A stretch of DNA of 64,000 nucleotides, taken from Lama guanicoe. Taxonomy: Eukaryota. Within the stretch, counting starts at the first letter, position 1, and each line of letters starts with the position of its first letter. The position numbers were made by a program, and so were the translations under genes. The DNA lies in contig MU053881.1 of the NCBI GenBank assembly GCA_013239625.1, forward strand, positions 5,417,957 to 5,481,956, written 5' to 3'. This document shows positions 13,186 to 24,816 of this stretch, piece after piece. The notes beneath the pieces were generated by a model. The model was not told the DNA's origin, did no database searches, and saw only the letters and a program-made list of their open reading frames with translations.

Positions 13186-14910
13186 AGAGAGAGAAGTGTG
13201 AACTCTTGGGCCATTCGTTTTGAAGTTAAAGAGGATTGACAGAGCACTGAGAAGACCAGAACTTTCTCTCCAGCTGAGGCATTGTTATTTAACTGAATCA
13301 TCTTGCTGACTCCAAAATCCCCCTCTGGGAAGCAGCACACTGTTGGACTTGGTACAGTACAGAGAGCCTGAGGGTTAACTTAATGTTTATCAAGCATCTG
13401 GTTTATGATGGAAACCTTACCGCCACTTCCTCACATCTTCTGTAGCACAACTCTCCAAAATGGGTGGTAGTTATGTCCATTTTACAGATGAGCAGACTGA
13501 GGTTCAGAGGAGATGGGACATGGCCAGCACCAGAACCAGGAGCTGGACTGACCTTTCATCATTACCTTCAGCAAGCAGGACTTGCCCTCCTCACCTCTCC
13601 TCCTGCCCCCGCATCAACCAGCCACATCTGTCCAAAAGGCCAGAATTCCATGCTGAACAGAACCAGAGTTTTCCTGGAACTGTGGTTCTTTGTCATCACT
13701 GACCAAACGCAAGACGATTCCAGAATATTTCAGAAGCAGGACTATTTCTGTGCCGCAGGTCATGTTTTTACTGTTAGCCTGTCTTCCCAAAATGAAAGGG
13801 GCAAATATCAAAGCATTCGGTGGTGCCTTTTATGAGTAACTTGGCTTCATTTTATGCTCTGGGGGTTTGGTTTGGCTCTTACCTCCTAGGAACTGCTCAA
13901 AACCAAAAGAGGACTTGGCATCGTTGGGAGGTTCCTGTGGGCTCCATTGTCCCTTCCACACTGGTCCATTCGGGGCCATTTCAGCAGAGAGCACCTGGGA
14001 GGCCCTGTCTAGGCAGAGACCATGGCCACCTCAGGGCTCACCCAGCTCGGCCCATAGGGCCACCTGGCCGCATCCAGTCCTCTTCCTCACGTTGTTTATC
14101 CAGCAGATGCTTTCGACCAGGTATCAGGGTCCTCCCCACACTGTCTAGACATGTAGGGAAGGTGCAGGGGGGAACAGCTCCCCGCCCCCCCAGCCTCTGT
14201 GGGTTTGGAATAGAGTGGCTGAAGTCAGCTGGTTAGGGGCTCACGTCCTAGTCACTCTACCAGAACCTCCATTTCCCCATCTCTAAAGTGGGCCAGCCCT
14301 CTCAGGATTGCATGGCGTGACACTTGGGAGCCGTCAAGTGCTGAGCCCACGCAAGGGGGTGTTGTTTTTGCAGCCTGCGGGGAGCCACAAGATTTCTGCA
14401 CACGAAGCAGCCAGGACACACCACAGTCCAGGATATAATCAGCTCCCTTCATTATGTGGTTCCAACTGCAAGAGCTGCAGGATTTCAGAGGAAGGAGAAA
14501 CCCACAGGGAGCCCCAGGACAGCAGGGGAATGAATATGCTCTGCTCCACCCGGAAAGAGAAGGGAGTCAGAAATGGGAGGTGGGAGGGGTCTGCCCTCCC
14601 TCTTGGGCCCTCCACCTCTGGCCTGGAAAGGGTTGGTCCCTGGGGATTTGCTGCAGAGCAGGAGATACTTAAAGGCTAATAAAAAAAAATTTTTTTAAAT
14701 CAATGAGCCATTTATACAAGGCCCTTTAGGTCAGCATCCTTTATCCCAGGATAGAAAGTAGAAGATACCCTACTAAAACATATCCACCCACCTTCCAGGT
14801 TTTTCCACTTTCAGTTTGGGGGAGGTTATACCTCCTCAGGAGAGGGGAGGTGGCTTCAGATCAGAGCCTGACTCAAAGGTCATGTAAGGTCAGCAACCCA
14901 AGTGACTATC

Positions 14911-15310
14911 AAGGGATGAGTGAAAAGCAAAATGTATTGTTGCATACACACAATGGAATATTATTCAGCCTTGAAAAGGAAGGACAGTCTGACACATGCT
15001 ATAACGTGGATGAACCTTGAGGACACGATACTTAGTGAATCAGCCAGTCACAAGAGGATGGGTGCTGTATGATTCCACTTATATGAGGTACTTAGAGTAG
15101 TCAAATTCACACACACACAAAGTAAAATGGCGGTTGCCAGGGGCTGGGGAGGGGCATTAGACAATTGTTTAATTAATGTGTACACAGTTTCAGTCTTACA
15201 GGATGAAAAAAGTTCACACAATGCCACTGAATTGTACACTTAAAAATGGTTAGAATGGTAATGATGGTATGTGTCATTTACCACAATTAAAACTTCAAAA
15301 CTTGGAAAAA
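14911..15310 (+). mobile_element. L1 3' end fragment
   Basis: caatggaatattattcagccttgaaaaggaagg...gaattgtacacttaaaaatgg. Confidence 0.85.
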
Positions 15311-16374
15311 TAAATCATGTAGGGTCAAAATACCCCCCTGAAAACCCTGTAGAAGGTACCACATTGGAGACACCCCCGCCCCCATCCGTGTCTCTGTTAG
15401 TCTATCATAGCCTAGTTGCAGGGTTGGAAAATCACTTTGGGTGGGGGTAGCTTTTAGAGGCTTGTTATACAGAAAATACAAGACGTATCTTCACCCTAGA
15501 ATTCACACTCAGCTGGCAAGAAGGCCTGCGAGAGGCACCAGGGGACTGAGGCCTTCTGCGGAGAGAGCAGAGTCCCACCTCACTCCAGAGCATCCCCTGT
15601 GGGGTGGAGTGGCTGGCAGAAGTACCTGGGCTGTTTAAATGTGTGCATCTGCACAGGCAGTCTCCCCGCATAAAAGTTTATAATAAAGTGTGTGCATGAA
15701 ACAGCCCTGGGGCACTCCGATATGTGTGCCAACCCAGGACCTGCGCCAGAGGGGGCTTACGTATATATTTGTTAAATGAAGCTGTTTATTCATCACGGAG
15801 CCATATCTTAGTTTCACATCCTTTCATGTTGGGGTGTAGCCTGTAATTCTGTTTGGCAGAGATCAGTGCAGCGTTGGGCATAAGGAAAATATCTATTGAA
15901 TCGTTGAATGAATACCTGTTGGTAGATAAACCAGCGTAATTTAAACGCCTAGGCCCATGTTGTGCCCCCCACCTTCCTGATCCAGCCCATCAGCGGGGAC
16001 CGTCGTGACTCCTTTAACTGATGAACCGAGGGGGCAAATGAACGCAGGTTTGGGCAGTGGGACATCCCAGGTGTTTCAACTTAATCCGGACACGTCTAAC
16101 CTCTACCCAAATCAAACAGACCCTTCATTTTAACACTTCAGATCCATGCGTTAGGACAGGCAGGCGTGTTGGGAACAACCTAAATGTTCACCTACAGGCA
16201 GCTAGTTGAATAAAGTATGATGTATTTTTCCATTAGACACCCAGTATGCAGTATAGATGTTGTGGAAGAGTATTGACATGGCATGAAGTTCACAATTTAT
16301 TGTTTTGTCTAAATATGTACGTGGTATTTGTCCAAATAAGCCTGTAATGTATATGTGAATGTATATACATAAAC

Positions 16375-16690
<316 letters not shown>

Positions 16691-19436
16691 TAAGTTGCTT
16701 TATGGACCTCCTTGGAGCTCCCTCTCACAGCCTCTCTTCCTGCCGGGCCAGCCAGCCTCGGGAAGAACTGGTGGAAAGCTGAGTAAAATTTAAACTAGAT
16801 TCTAACAGTGGAGCCCATGCCGGGCCTCCCTGCATGTAGCCTTCACATGACTGCAGGTAGCCACAGATGAGTTTCACATTTGCAGGAGGCTGGCTGAGTG
16901 CTCTCCCGAATCCCCAACACCCGACACTTACCCACGGCATCTGAACAGAGAAGACAGCGGGCCCTCGAGGCAGGGACTGTGTGCCTTGCCCTGGAAGGTC
17001 GATGTGCTCAGAACGATCAGTGATGTAAATGAGTGAGTGACTGAGACCCACTCAAGGTCCCATCGGTAGTGAATGATGGGACCAGAATTTGATCCTGGGC
17101 AGACAGACTGCAGAGCTGTCCAAGATCCTCACTCCAGCCCTGCCTCCCCTTCGCTTCTCCCTGCCGCAGATGGGCACCGCTCCCAGGTGCCTGTCAGTGC
17201 ATCTCCCCAGCCGCGCAGTGCACATCGCACAGAATCTCCACACCAGCGGCCTGCCAGCCTTTACACACCGAAGGTTGATGGCACCAATAGCCTGGCCAGC
17301 GTGAAACACTGACAGACGCGTGGTGCTTTTTTAAAAGCCCTTTTTGGGGAAAGGCATTACATGTGTCTGCAGAAAGAAGGGGTCTGTCTAATGGAGAAAT
17401 TGCAGTAGGGGAGGAGGACACAGACCGCAGGTGCCGGGGCTGTGCTGGGTCACAGGAGCAAGAGCCGACAGGGTTGGGGGTCCATCTGGGCCCCATCAGG
17501 AAGGGCTGAGATGTGCCAGCCAGGTTCTGTTACAGGAGAAGTATGAGCTGCTTCTCTTAGCTCTGAGCTCACTGCCCAAAACAGCAGTAAGGACCCAGGC
17601 TTATGTTGGCTGTATGTCCGTGGGCTAAACACTGTATGTAGGTTGAGCTAGAAAGACTCATGTGCTTTCTGAAAGTGAATTTGTTGAAAGTCACAAAGCT
17701 TACTTTTTAAAGAGGCCTCTAAGGAGGAGGCATCAGAGAGTTTTCACGTGAAATCAGGCCGTTTGTATATGTACATGAGCAACGTGCAGGGTCCAGCTCA
17801 GAGGTCACAGTAGTGAGCTGATCGCTCAGGACCAGCGGTTTAACACAGACGATAAACTTAACTTTCTGTGGTCAGCAAACTGCAGTACATACCGTTTTCT
17901 GTGACAAGCTCAGAGCAAGTGAATGCAGCTTCTCAGAGCCAGCACACACAAGCGTGGGGATGCCATTCCGCAAGGGACCGCAGTAAACCTTTTGAATCAG
18001 AACATCACAAGGAAACGCCTTGCCGACACATAATTTTTTTTGAAAAGATGCAGAATGAGTGTAAATCTGCTAACAGACCTGCAGCCCATCGTGGCTACCG
18101 TGTCTGTTGTTGGTGTCTTTAGCATTTGTGCCTGGTAAACCTTACCCAGCTTTTATCGGCATGACGAGACACGGTGAAATATTCTCAAGGGCCCCGGGTC
18201 TACAGTGCTTCCAGGCTTCCAGGGTTGAACTGCCAGCTCAGCTTGTAGTCCCTGGCTTCAATTCTAATTTCTAGGTGAGGAGAATCAAAGAATATGGAAC
18301 TGCTCAGTTTCCACTCCATCCTCTCACAAAACTGCCAGGTAGGAGCTGTCATCCCCATTTTACAGATGAGGACGTTGAGGTTCAGAATAATGAAAGAGAC
18401 TCTCCCAGGGTCACACAGTTGGAAGCAGTGAAGGTGATTTTCCCCAGGTCTGCCCGAGTCTTAAGGTCTGCTCTGTGCGGCTGCCAAGCGTGTGCCTCCT
18501 ACACAAGGCTCCGAGGAAGAGTCTGGGTTTGCAACAGGGTACGTCCAGGTTCAGATCCTGCCTCTACACGTGGGCTTTGTAGCCTTGGGCCTTGATTTCT
18601 CTGTGCCGAATCCCATGCATGGACTTAAGATTAAGCACCACTGCCCAGGAGACCCTTCTGAACATTAATGCTTGGATGTCTTTGGCCTCCTGCCTGATGA
18701 GGGTGGGTGAGTGGGTTCCCAGCCTCTGAGCAGGCATCAGCCCAGTTTACCGAGAAAAATGGGAGAGAGCCAGGCCGGGGGCAGCCAGCTGTGCTTGACA
18801 AGAGTCTGGGCACCTTCATGTAGGAAAGAGGGACACTCTGGCAAATGGGGTGGGAACGAGCCTTCTAGAGGAGCTGGGACATCGAGGAGGCTATGTGGTG
18901 GCTTTGTCATGCTCTCTGGTGGCCACAGAGGACTTTCCCCACCTTAGGCTTGTAGGAAGAACGCTGGACTGGGCCTTCTAGACCCGGCGCTGCTCCCTGT
19001 CAGAAGCACCAGCAGTATTCATTCATTCAGGAAATAGGTACCAGCCGAGGTGCTAGGCACGGGGGACACAGAGCTGACATGACACACGCAGTCTGTGCCC
19101 ACAGGGAGCCTGCAGTCTGCTGGCCAAGCAGCCAGCTGTCCCGCCTGGGCAGAGCGATCCCCTCCCTCCCCTTCAGCCTCACTTAGGTCATCTGTGAAAT
19201 GAGACCCCGTCACCTGCCCCGCCCACTCTAGGGGGTTACTGGGAGGCTGAAGTGAAATAACGGTGGGGAAATTAGGACATGATCAGCTGGAGTTTGGGGC
19301 TGAAATCCTGGTGAGCTCCCCCTGGGAGTCATGTTTGATGATTCAAAGGATAAACATTTTCCCTAGTTTCCTGGAGTTTTGTTTTTATACTTTTAAAGAG
19401 AGTCCATTTCCTCACTTCTTAAATTGGAATGATAGT

Positions 19437-19745
19437 GCGATTGTCCCTCATGATCAGCAGGGGGATGAGTTCCAGGATCCCCCACGGATACCAAAATCCA
19501 CAGGTGCTCGAGTCCGCCATACAGAGTGGCGGAATGTTTGCATGTAACCTACACACATCCTCCCATATACTTTAAGACCATCTCTAGATTACTTATAGTA
19601 CATAATACAGTGTAAATGCTTTGCAGATAGTTGCCAGGCCCACAGCAGATTTAAGTTTTGCTTTTTGGAACTCTGGAATTTTTTTTTTAAACATTTTCAC
19701 TCTGAATTTGGTTGAATCCATGGATGCAGAGCCCACAGTCATGAT
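19437..19745. mobile_element. MER2-like TcMar-Tigger element
   Basis: gttccaggatcccccacggataccaaaatccac...ttggttgaatccatggatgcagagccc. Confidence 0.8.
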
Positions 19746-20944
19746 GAGCTTGGGTCTTTAATGTGTGTGAAGTGCTTAGCACAGCGCCTGGCACACAGTA
19801 GATGCACAGTTTTCACACCCCCGTGGCTGCCCGGGGCCAAGATGCTTGGGTTCTACAATGTTTTCAAGCCAGTAAGAGAGAAGCTAGTTGGCATGTTGGA
19901 TGTTTGTGCATCTCTGGGAAGGAGTGGGTACCACGTGGAGATGCTCATCCTCATACAGGAAGACCAGAGGCTTTCCTCGCAGGCCTTCCAGATGGCCCTC
20001 CCTCCCCCCACGTCTCAGGGCGAAAACCAGCAAAGACAGGATCAGCTCATTCAAATGTCTTCATTCCCCAAATATTTCCCACAACTGCCACCCACACTGA
20101 AAGCTCAGAAAAACAAGCCCAGTTTCTGCCTTCTGGGGCCGGAGGGCCGGTGGGCATTTCTTGAGCTAGAAAAGAGGCAGGCTGGTTGGCATTAAAGTTC
20201 AAGAGTGAGTGAATATGTGTAAGCACATTTGACTGTCCTTTGTGATTGGATTTTTGCTTTTTGTTGATTCTTGTTTTGTGGTTGGCTTTATTCCTTTGAT
20301 AACTATGTGAGTTTAAAAAGCTAAAGCTCTAAGCTGTTCTTAGAAACAATGAACAGTACATACATGTAAATTTTTTTTAATATGGGCAGTAAAAAAAATA
20401 GTAAGAGGCTCTTGCCGCACAGTTGGAAGGGGAAATCTCTTTGCTTGTTTTTTTCCTGCTGGTTTTACTGTTTTTAGTATTGATTTGTATAGGCTGTTTA
20501 AATAGTAAGGAATTAGCCTTTGCCATGTTTGTGGTAAACCTTTGTCCCTTTCATTATGCACTGATATTTTATTTCTGGATTTTGTGATGGACATACGTTT
20601 TATATTTTGGCGAAGTCACATCTGGTGACCGTTTTTTGTTTGTGACTTCTTTCAGCCTCTTTCAGGCTAAGAAGGGCGGTCCCCATTCAGACACAAGATA
20701 GTTCCCTGAATGTTTTTCTAGGTAATTCATTGGTTTAGGTTTTCTTTTGTTTTAACATTTACTCGTGAAATCGTTTAGAATTCATTTCAACACATGGCGT
20801 GTGGTGAGAATCCAAAGTTTTTTCCTTACTCTTTTGACCAGCTAGAAGAAATCTTCTTGCTCCATTTATTTAAAAAAAAAAAAAAGCCACAAGCTATCGT
20901 GTTTAATGATCACTTCCCTTTCTTCCTTTAGAAAGACTACAAGG

Positions 20945-21105
20945 CGGGTGGAGGGTATAGCTCAAGTGGTAGAGCGCATGTTTAGCATGCACGAGGTCCC
21001 GGGTTCAATCCCCAGTACCTCCTCCAAATATTAAATAAATAAATAAACCTAATTACCTCCCCCCACATTAAGAAAAACATACATATCTTTCAAAAAAAAA
21101 AAAAA
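20945..21105 (+). mobile_element. tRNA-Ala-derived SINE
   Basis: GGGTATAGCTCAAGTGGTAGAGCGC...GGTTCAATCCCC, poly(A) tail; TSD gaaaga(c/a)tacaagg at 20931 and 21106. Confidence 0.92.
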
Positions 21106-22679
21106 GAAAGAATACAAGGGAAAAATAGTACCTGCCCTCAGGAGGCTCCTATGCTGATGGGAAAGGCTGTGTGAACAGGTGGATACGTGTGTGCGTGGGC
21201 ATACACAAACACATACACACAAGTAGAACATCAGCTAAAAGTACAAAATGGCAGCTTGGACTGTACTAAAAAGGCACAAAGTAACCGCTGAGATAAACCC
21301 ACCAGCATTCTGCTGTGTCTGGGTCGTGGTACACCATGTCTGGCGTACATGTGTCTGGTTCCAAGAGGCTTCCTGGAAGGAAAGAGAAGTTTCCCATCTC
21401 TTTGTTTCCCACTGTGTGACCTTGGATAAGTGACTTGACATCTCTGAGCTTCTGTTTCCTCAGCAGTAAAGTGGGCACAGCTATTCTTACTCACATCGTG
21501 GTTGCGAGGACTAAGCAGCATCCTGCTCATTGAGTGTAGTGTCGGGCCCACGGCAGGTGCTTACCTAGCAATGCCTTCCTGTCCTTAAGCCAGACTCTGA
21601 AGGGAGAGGAAGGAGGAGGGGCGGGGGAAGGTTGTGGAGGGCCCAGGAGGGGCTCGGGGGCCACAGCAGGCGGGCTCAGCTGGGCCTTGGTGGTTGTTCA
21701 GGGAGTGGTGAACGGCGAGCGCAGCTGAACAGTGGGGCTGGTCCCTTGGTCAGGATTCTGAAGCTCAGACCCGAGTGAGGGCTTGAGATGGAACTTGGGT
21801 GTCTTTCCCAGCAATTTCTAAGGAAGGAAGTGATGGGTTCCCAATGGTGCTCTGAGAGGACAGTTTTTGCTGCCATGCTTTTTGCTGCCATGCCTGGGAA
21901 AATGTGGGACCATCCCAAGCATGTCACACAGAGAAAATAACGTCCCTGCTTGAGTCCACACATGCTGCTTTTACCCAAGACACTCCACCCCCCCTTCCCC
22001 TCCCCTCCACCCCACTCCCCACTCCAGCTGGGACAGCAGGACAACTAGCAGAAGCAGGTGGAAGGGTAGGAGCCAGGGTTTCAGGAGTCCCAGACCATGG
22101 CTCAGGTCACAGGCCTGGATGGCACTGGGCAGAGAAGGCGCTTTACATGGAAGCACACTTAAGAGACCTTTGCTGGTGTGTCTGGACTCCGACAGCGAAG
22201 AGGACGACTTCACCCACAGGACAGCCCAAAGTGTGGTCAGGGGACGGGGCTCCGGCCAGGATTCCTGGGTTCCAATCCTGGGAAAGGTGCCTTGCCTCTC
22301 TGGGCCTCAGTGTTTCCATCTGCGAAATGGAGTGACCCTCAAGGTTGTGGTGAGAATTCTGTGGGTCAGTCCAGGTACAGCACTCTGACCAGGACCCTGT
22401 CCACAATGAGTGCCAGGAAGCTTGAGCTGGCATGTTCCACTGTCACTCTCACTGTCGCCTGCACAGGGGCAGTGACGTGGAACCTCACTGGGTAATGCCT
22501 GGCTGGAGGACATCACGACTGACTGACCCAGCCCAATCCCGGGGCCAGGCCCTGCTGCTCCTTCCAGAGACACAGAAGGGCAGCTCCAGACTCCAAGGCT
22601 TGGCTGAGTTTCCCCCTCCCTGCTTTTCAAAGTTACATCAAAAGTATTATTACGTGGTGGTTACAAACCCAGACTTTAA

Positions 22680-23650
22680 AATCAGACACTGGATAGACAT
22701 TTTTCCAAGGAAGGTACACAAATGGCCAATAAGCATACGAAAAGATGTTCAGCATCCTTAGCCCCTAGGAAATATGAGTCCCAACCACAGTGAGATACCC
22801 ACTAGCATGGCTGGAATCAAAAAGACAGGTAGCAACAAGCATTGCTGAGGATGTGGAGAAATCAGAACCTTCATACGTTGCTGGTGGGAGCGTAAAATGG
22901 TGCAGCTGCTGTGGAAGACAGCCTGGCAGTTCCCTAAAAGTTAAGCCTGGAGTTACCATATTACCCATTTCTACGTAAATAGCCAAGAGGGATAAAAAAA
23001 TATATGCCCCAGGGAGGGTAATAGCTCAGTGGTAGCACGCATGCTTAGCGTGTATAAGGTCCTGGGTTCAATCTCCAATACCTCCATTAAATATATATAT
23101 ATATATATATAAACACAAAAACTTGTGTACAAAGTTCATAAAAGCATTATTCATAATAGCCAAAAAGTGGAAATAGCCCTGATGCCCATCAGCTGATGAG
23201 CACGTGAACAAAATGTGGTTTATCCACATTGTGGAATATTATTCAGCCATGAAATGGGATGAAACACTGATGCGTGCTACAGCGTGGATGACCCTTGCAA
23301 ATGTTATGCTATGTGAAAGAAATGAGTCACAAAAAGCCACCTATTGTATGATTCCATTCATATTCAATGTCCAGAAAAGACAAATCCTTAGAGATAGCAA
23401 AACATGTTAGTAGTGGTCAAGCGCTGGGAGGAATGGGAGTAGAGAGTAACTGCTTTGATGGGTACAGGCTTTCTTTTTGGAGTGATGAAGATTTTCTGGA
23501 ATTTGATAGTGATGATGGCCACACAACTTTGTGAATATGAAAAAGTTATATTCTGTTTATAAAATATAATGTAAGAAACAGTTAATTCCATACTTTAAAA
23601 AGGTGAATTTTATGGTATGTGATTTATATCTCAATTTTTTAAAATTTAAA
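22680..23650 (+). mobile_element. L1 ORF2 end and 3' UTR, interrupted by a SINE
   Basis: gacatttttccaagg...gttgctggtgggagcgtaaaatgg...aggtgaattttatggtatgtga. Confidence 0.88.
23011..23110 (+). mobile_element. tRNA-Ala-derived SINE with (TA)n tail, nested in L1
   Basis: TAGCTCAGTGGTAG...GGTTCAATCTCC; interrupts L1 3' sequence. Confidence 0.85.
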
Positions 23651-23654
23651 TAGA

Positions 23655-23830
23655 GCTAGGTTCAGATCCTGGCTGTGTGACCTTGGGCAAGTTACTTAAC
23701 CTCTCTGTGCCTCATTTCCCTCATCTGTAAAAAGGGCATTAAAAAGTCCATGTTTCCTAGGGTTATGAGTATCAATGAGTAAAATAAAAGTACCTATACA
23801 GGGTAATAGCACTTACTAGGAATTTAATTG
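23655..23830 (+). mobile_element. MIR SINE
   Basis: gctgtgtgaccttgggcaagttacttaacctctctgtgcctcatttccctcatctgtaaaa. Confidence 0.85.
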
Positions 23831-24601
23831 TAATTATTAGCTAATATTGCTGTTGCCACAACATCTGTTTCAGCCCAAACAGCCTATCATCTCCCTTTAC
23901 CCTATTACATTGGAAAGCCTTTTACTAATGGGATAATTCACTTAAAAGTACATTGTAAACCCCTATTTATAATCTTGTGTTTGCAATGCAGTTGTACGTA
24001 TAAACTCTAACATGGTTGACAAGCGTAAGGGAGCGATTACTCATTATTCTGTATGAATTCTAGCCCACAGTAGTGTTCTCTGTGTCACCCTGAGGGACAT
24101 GTGCCATGTTCATTGCTATCCAGACGTCTGCCCAGTTTTAGTGTGTTCCACTTGCCACCAAGAGCTTTCTGCTCTGAGTGTACAGCTCAGGGGACGGTTG
24201 AGGGGACAGCTGAGAGAACGGCTGAGCAGTGGGGCAAGGCCCCTGGTGTACCTGATGAGTTGGGCTTCAGGCTCAGTGCAGTGGGGGAGGCTGAGTCCTG
24301 TTTTCAGACTGCGTGCCTACCCCCACCCCCTGCCCGTCAGCTCCTCTCCAGAGCCACCTACTCTACAAATAGAGTGGAGATGCTGGTCCCCAAGGCACTA
24401 GGGCACTTACCAGGCAAAGGGAGAAAATTAAGAGGAATTCTTTCTGTTGGAAAGAGCCTGGGTCCCGGAGGCTGGCTTGGATTTTACTCATTCACTGGAG
24501 ATCTTGTGGGATGGAACATCTGTTTCCTAATGGAATAGATCTTATCAGTACACAAAAGACTGACTCATCCCTCTTCCCCACCCCCATTCTTTCCTGTACA
24601 G

Positions 24602-24627
24602 GGAGCATGTCGGGAAAAAGAAATCTG
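24602..24627 (+). CDS. SH3PXD2B: SH3PXD2B exon 6, 26-nt microexon: (E)EHVGKKKS(G)
   Basis: Long pyrimidine tract ...tttcctgtacag|G GAG CAT GTC GGG AAA AAG AAA TCT G|gtaaga; phase 2-1 exactly bridges exons 5 and 7. Confidence 0.94.
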
Positions 24628-24727
24628 GTAAGAACATTTTCCATCTTCTCTTATTCATTCAGTGTTTAGCATACCCCTCCTGAGCGGTGTACCAGGCTCT
24701 GGGCACTACAGTGGGGATACAGCAATG

Positions 24728-24816
24728 TGGATGGATGGATGGATGGATGGATGGATGGATGGATGGATGGATGGATGGGTGGGTGGATGGGTGGATGGAT
24801 GGGTGGATGGGTGGAT
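24728..24816. repeat. (TGGA)n/(TGGG) tetranucleotide microsatellite
   Basis: Direct reading; about 100 nt downstream of the exon 6 donor. Confidence 0.97.

Noticed and set aside
20948..21022. Apparent tRNA-Ala genes (eight loci)
   Set aside because: Carry SINE tails and TSDs with stem-disrupting changes; treated as SINEs
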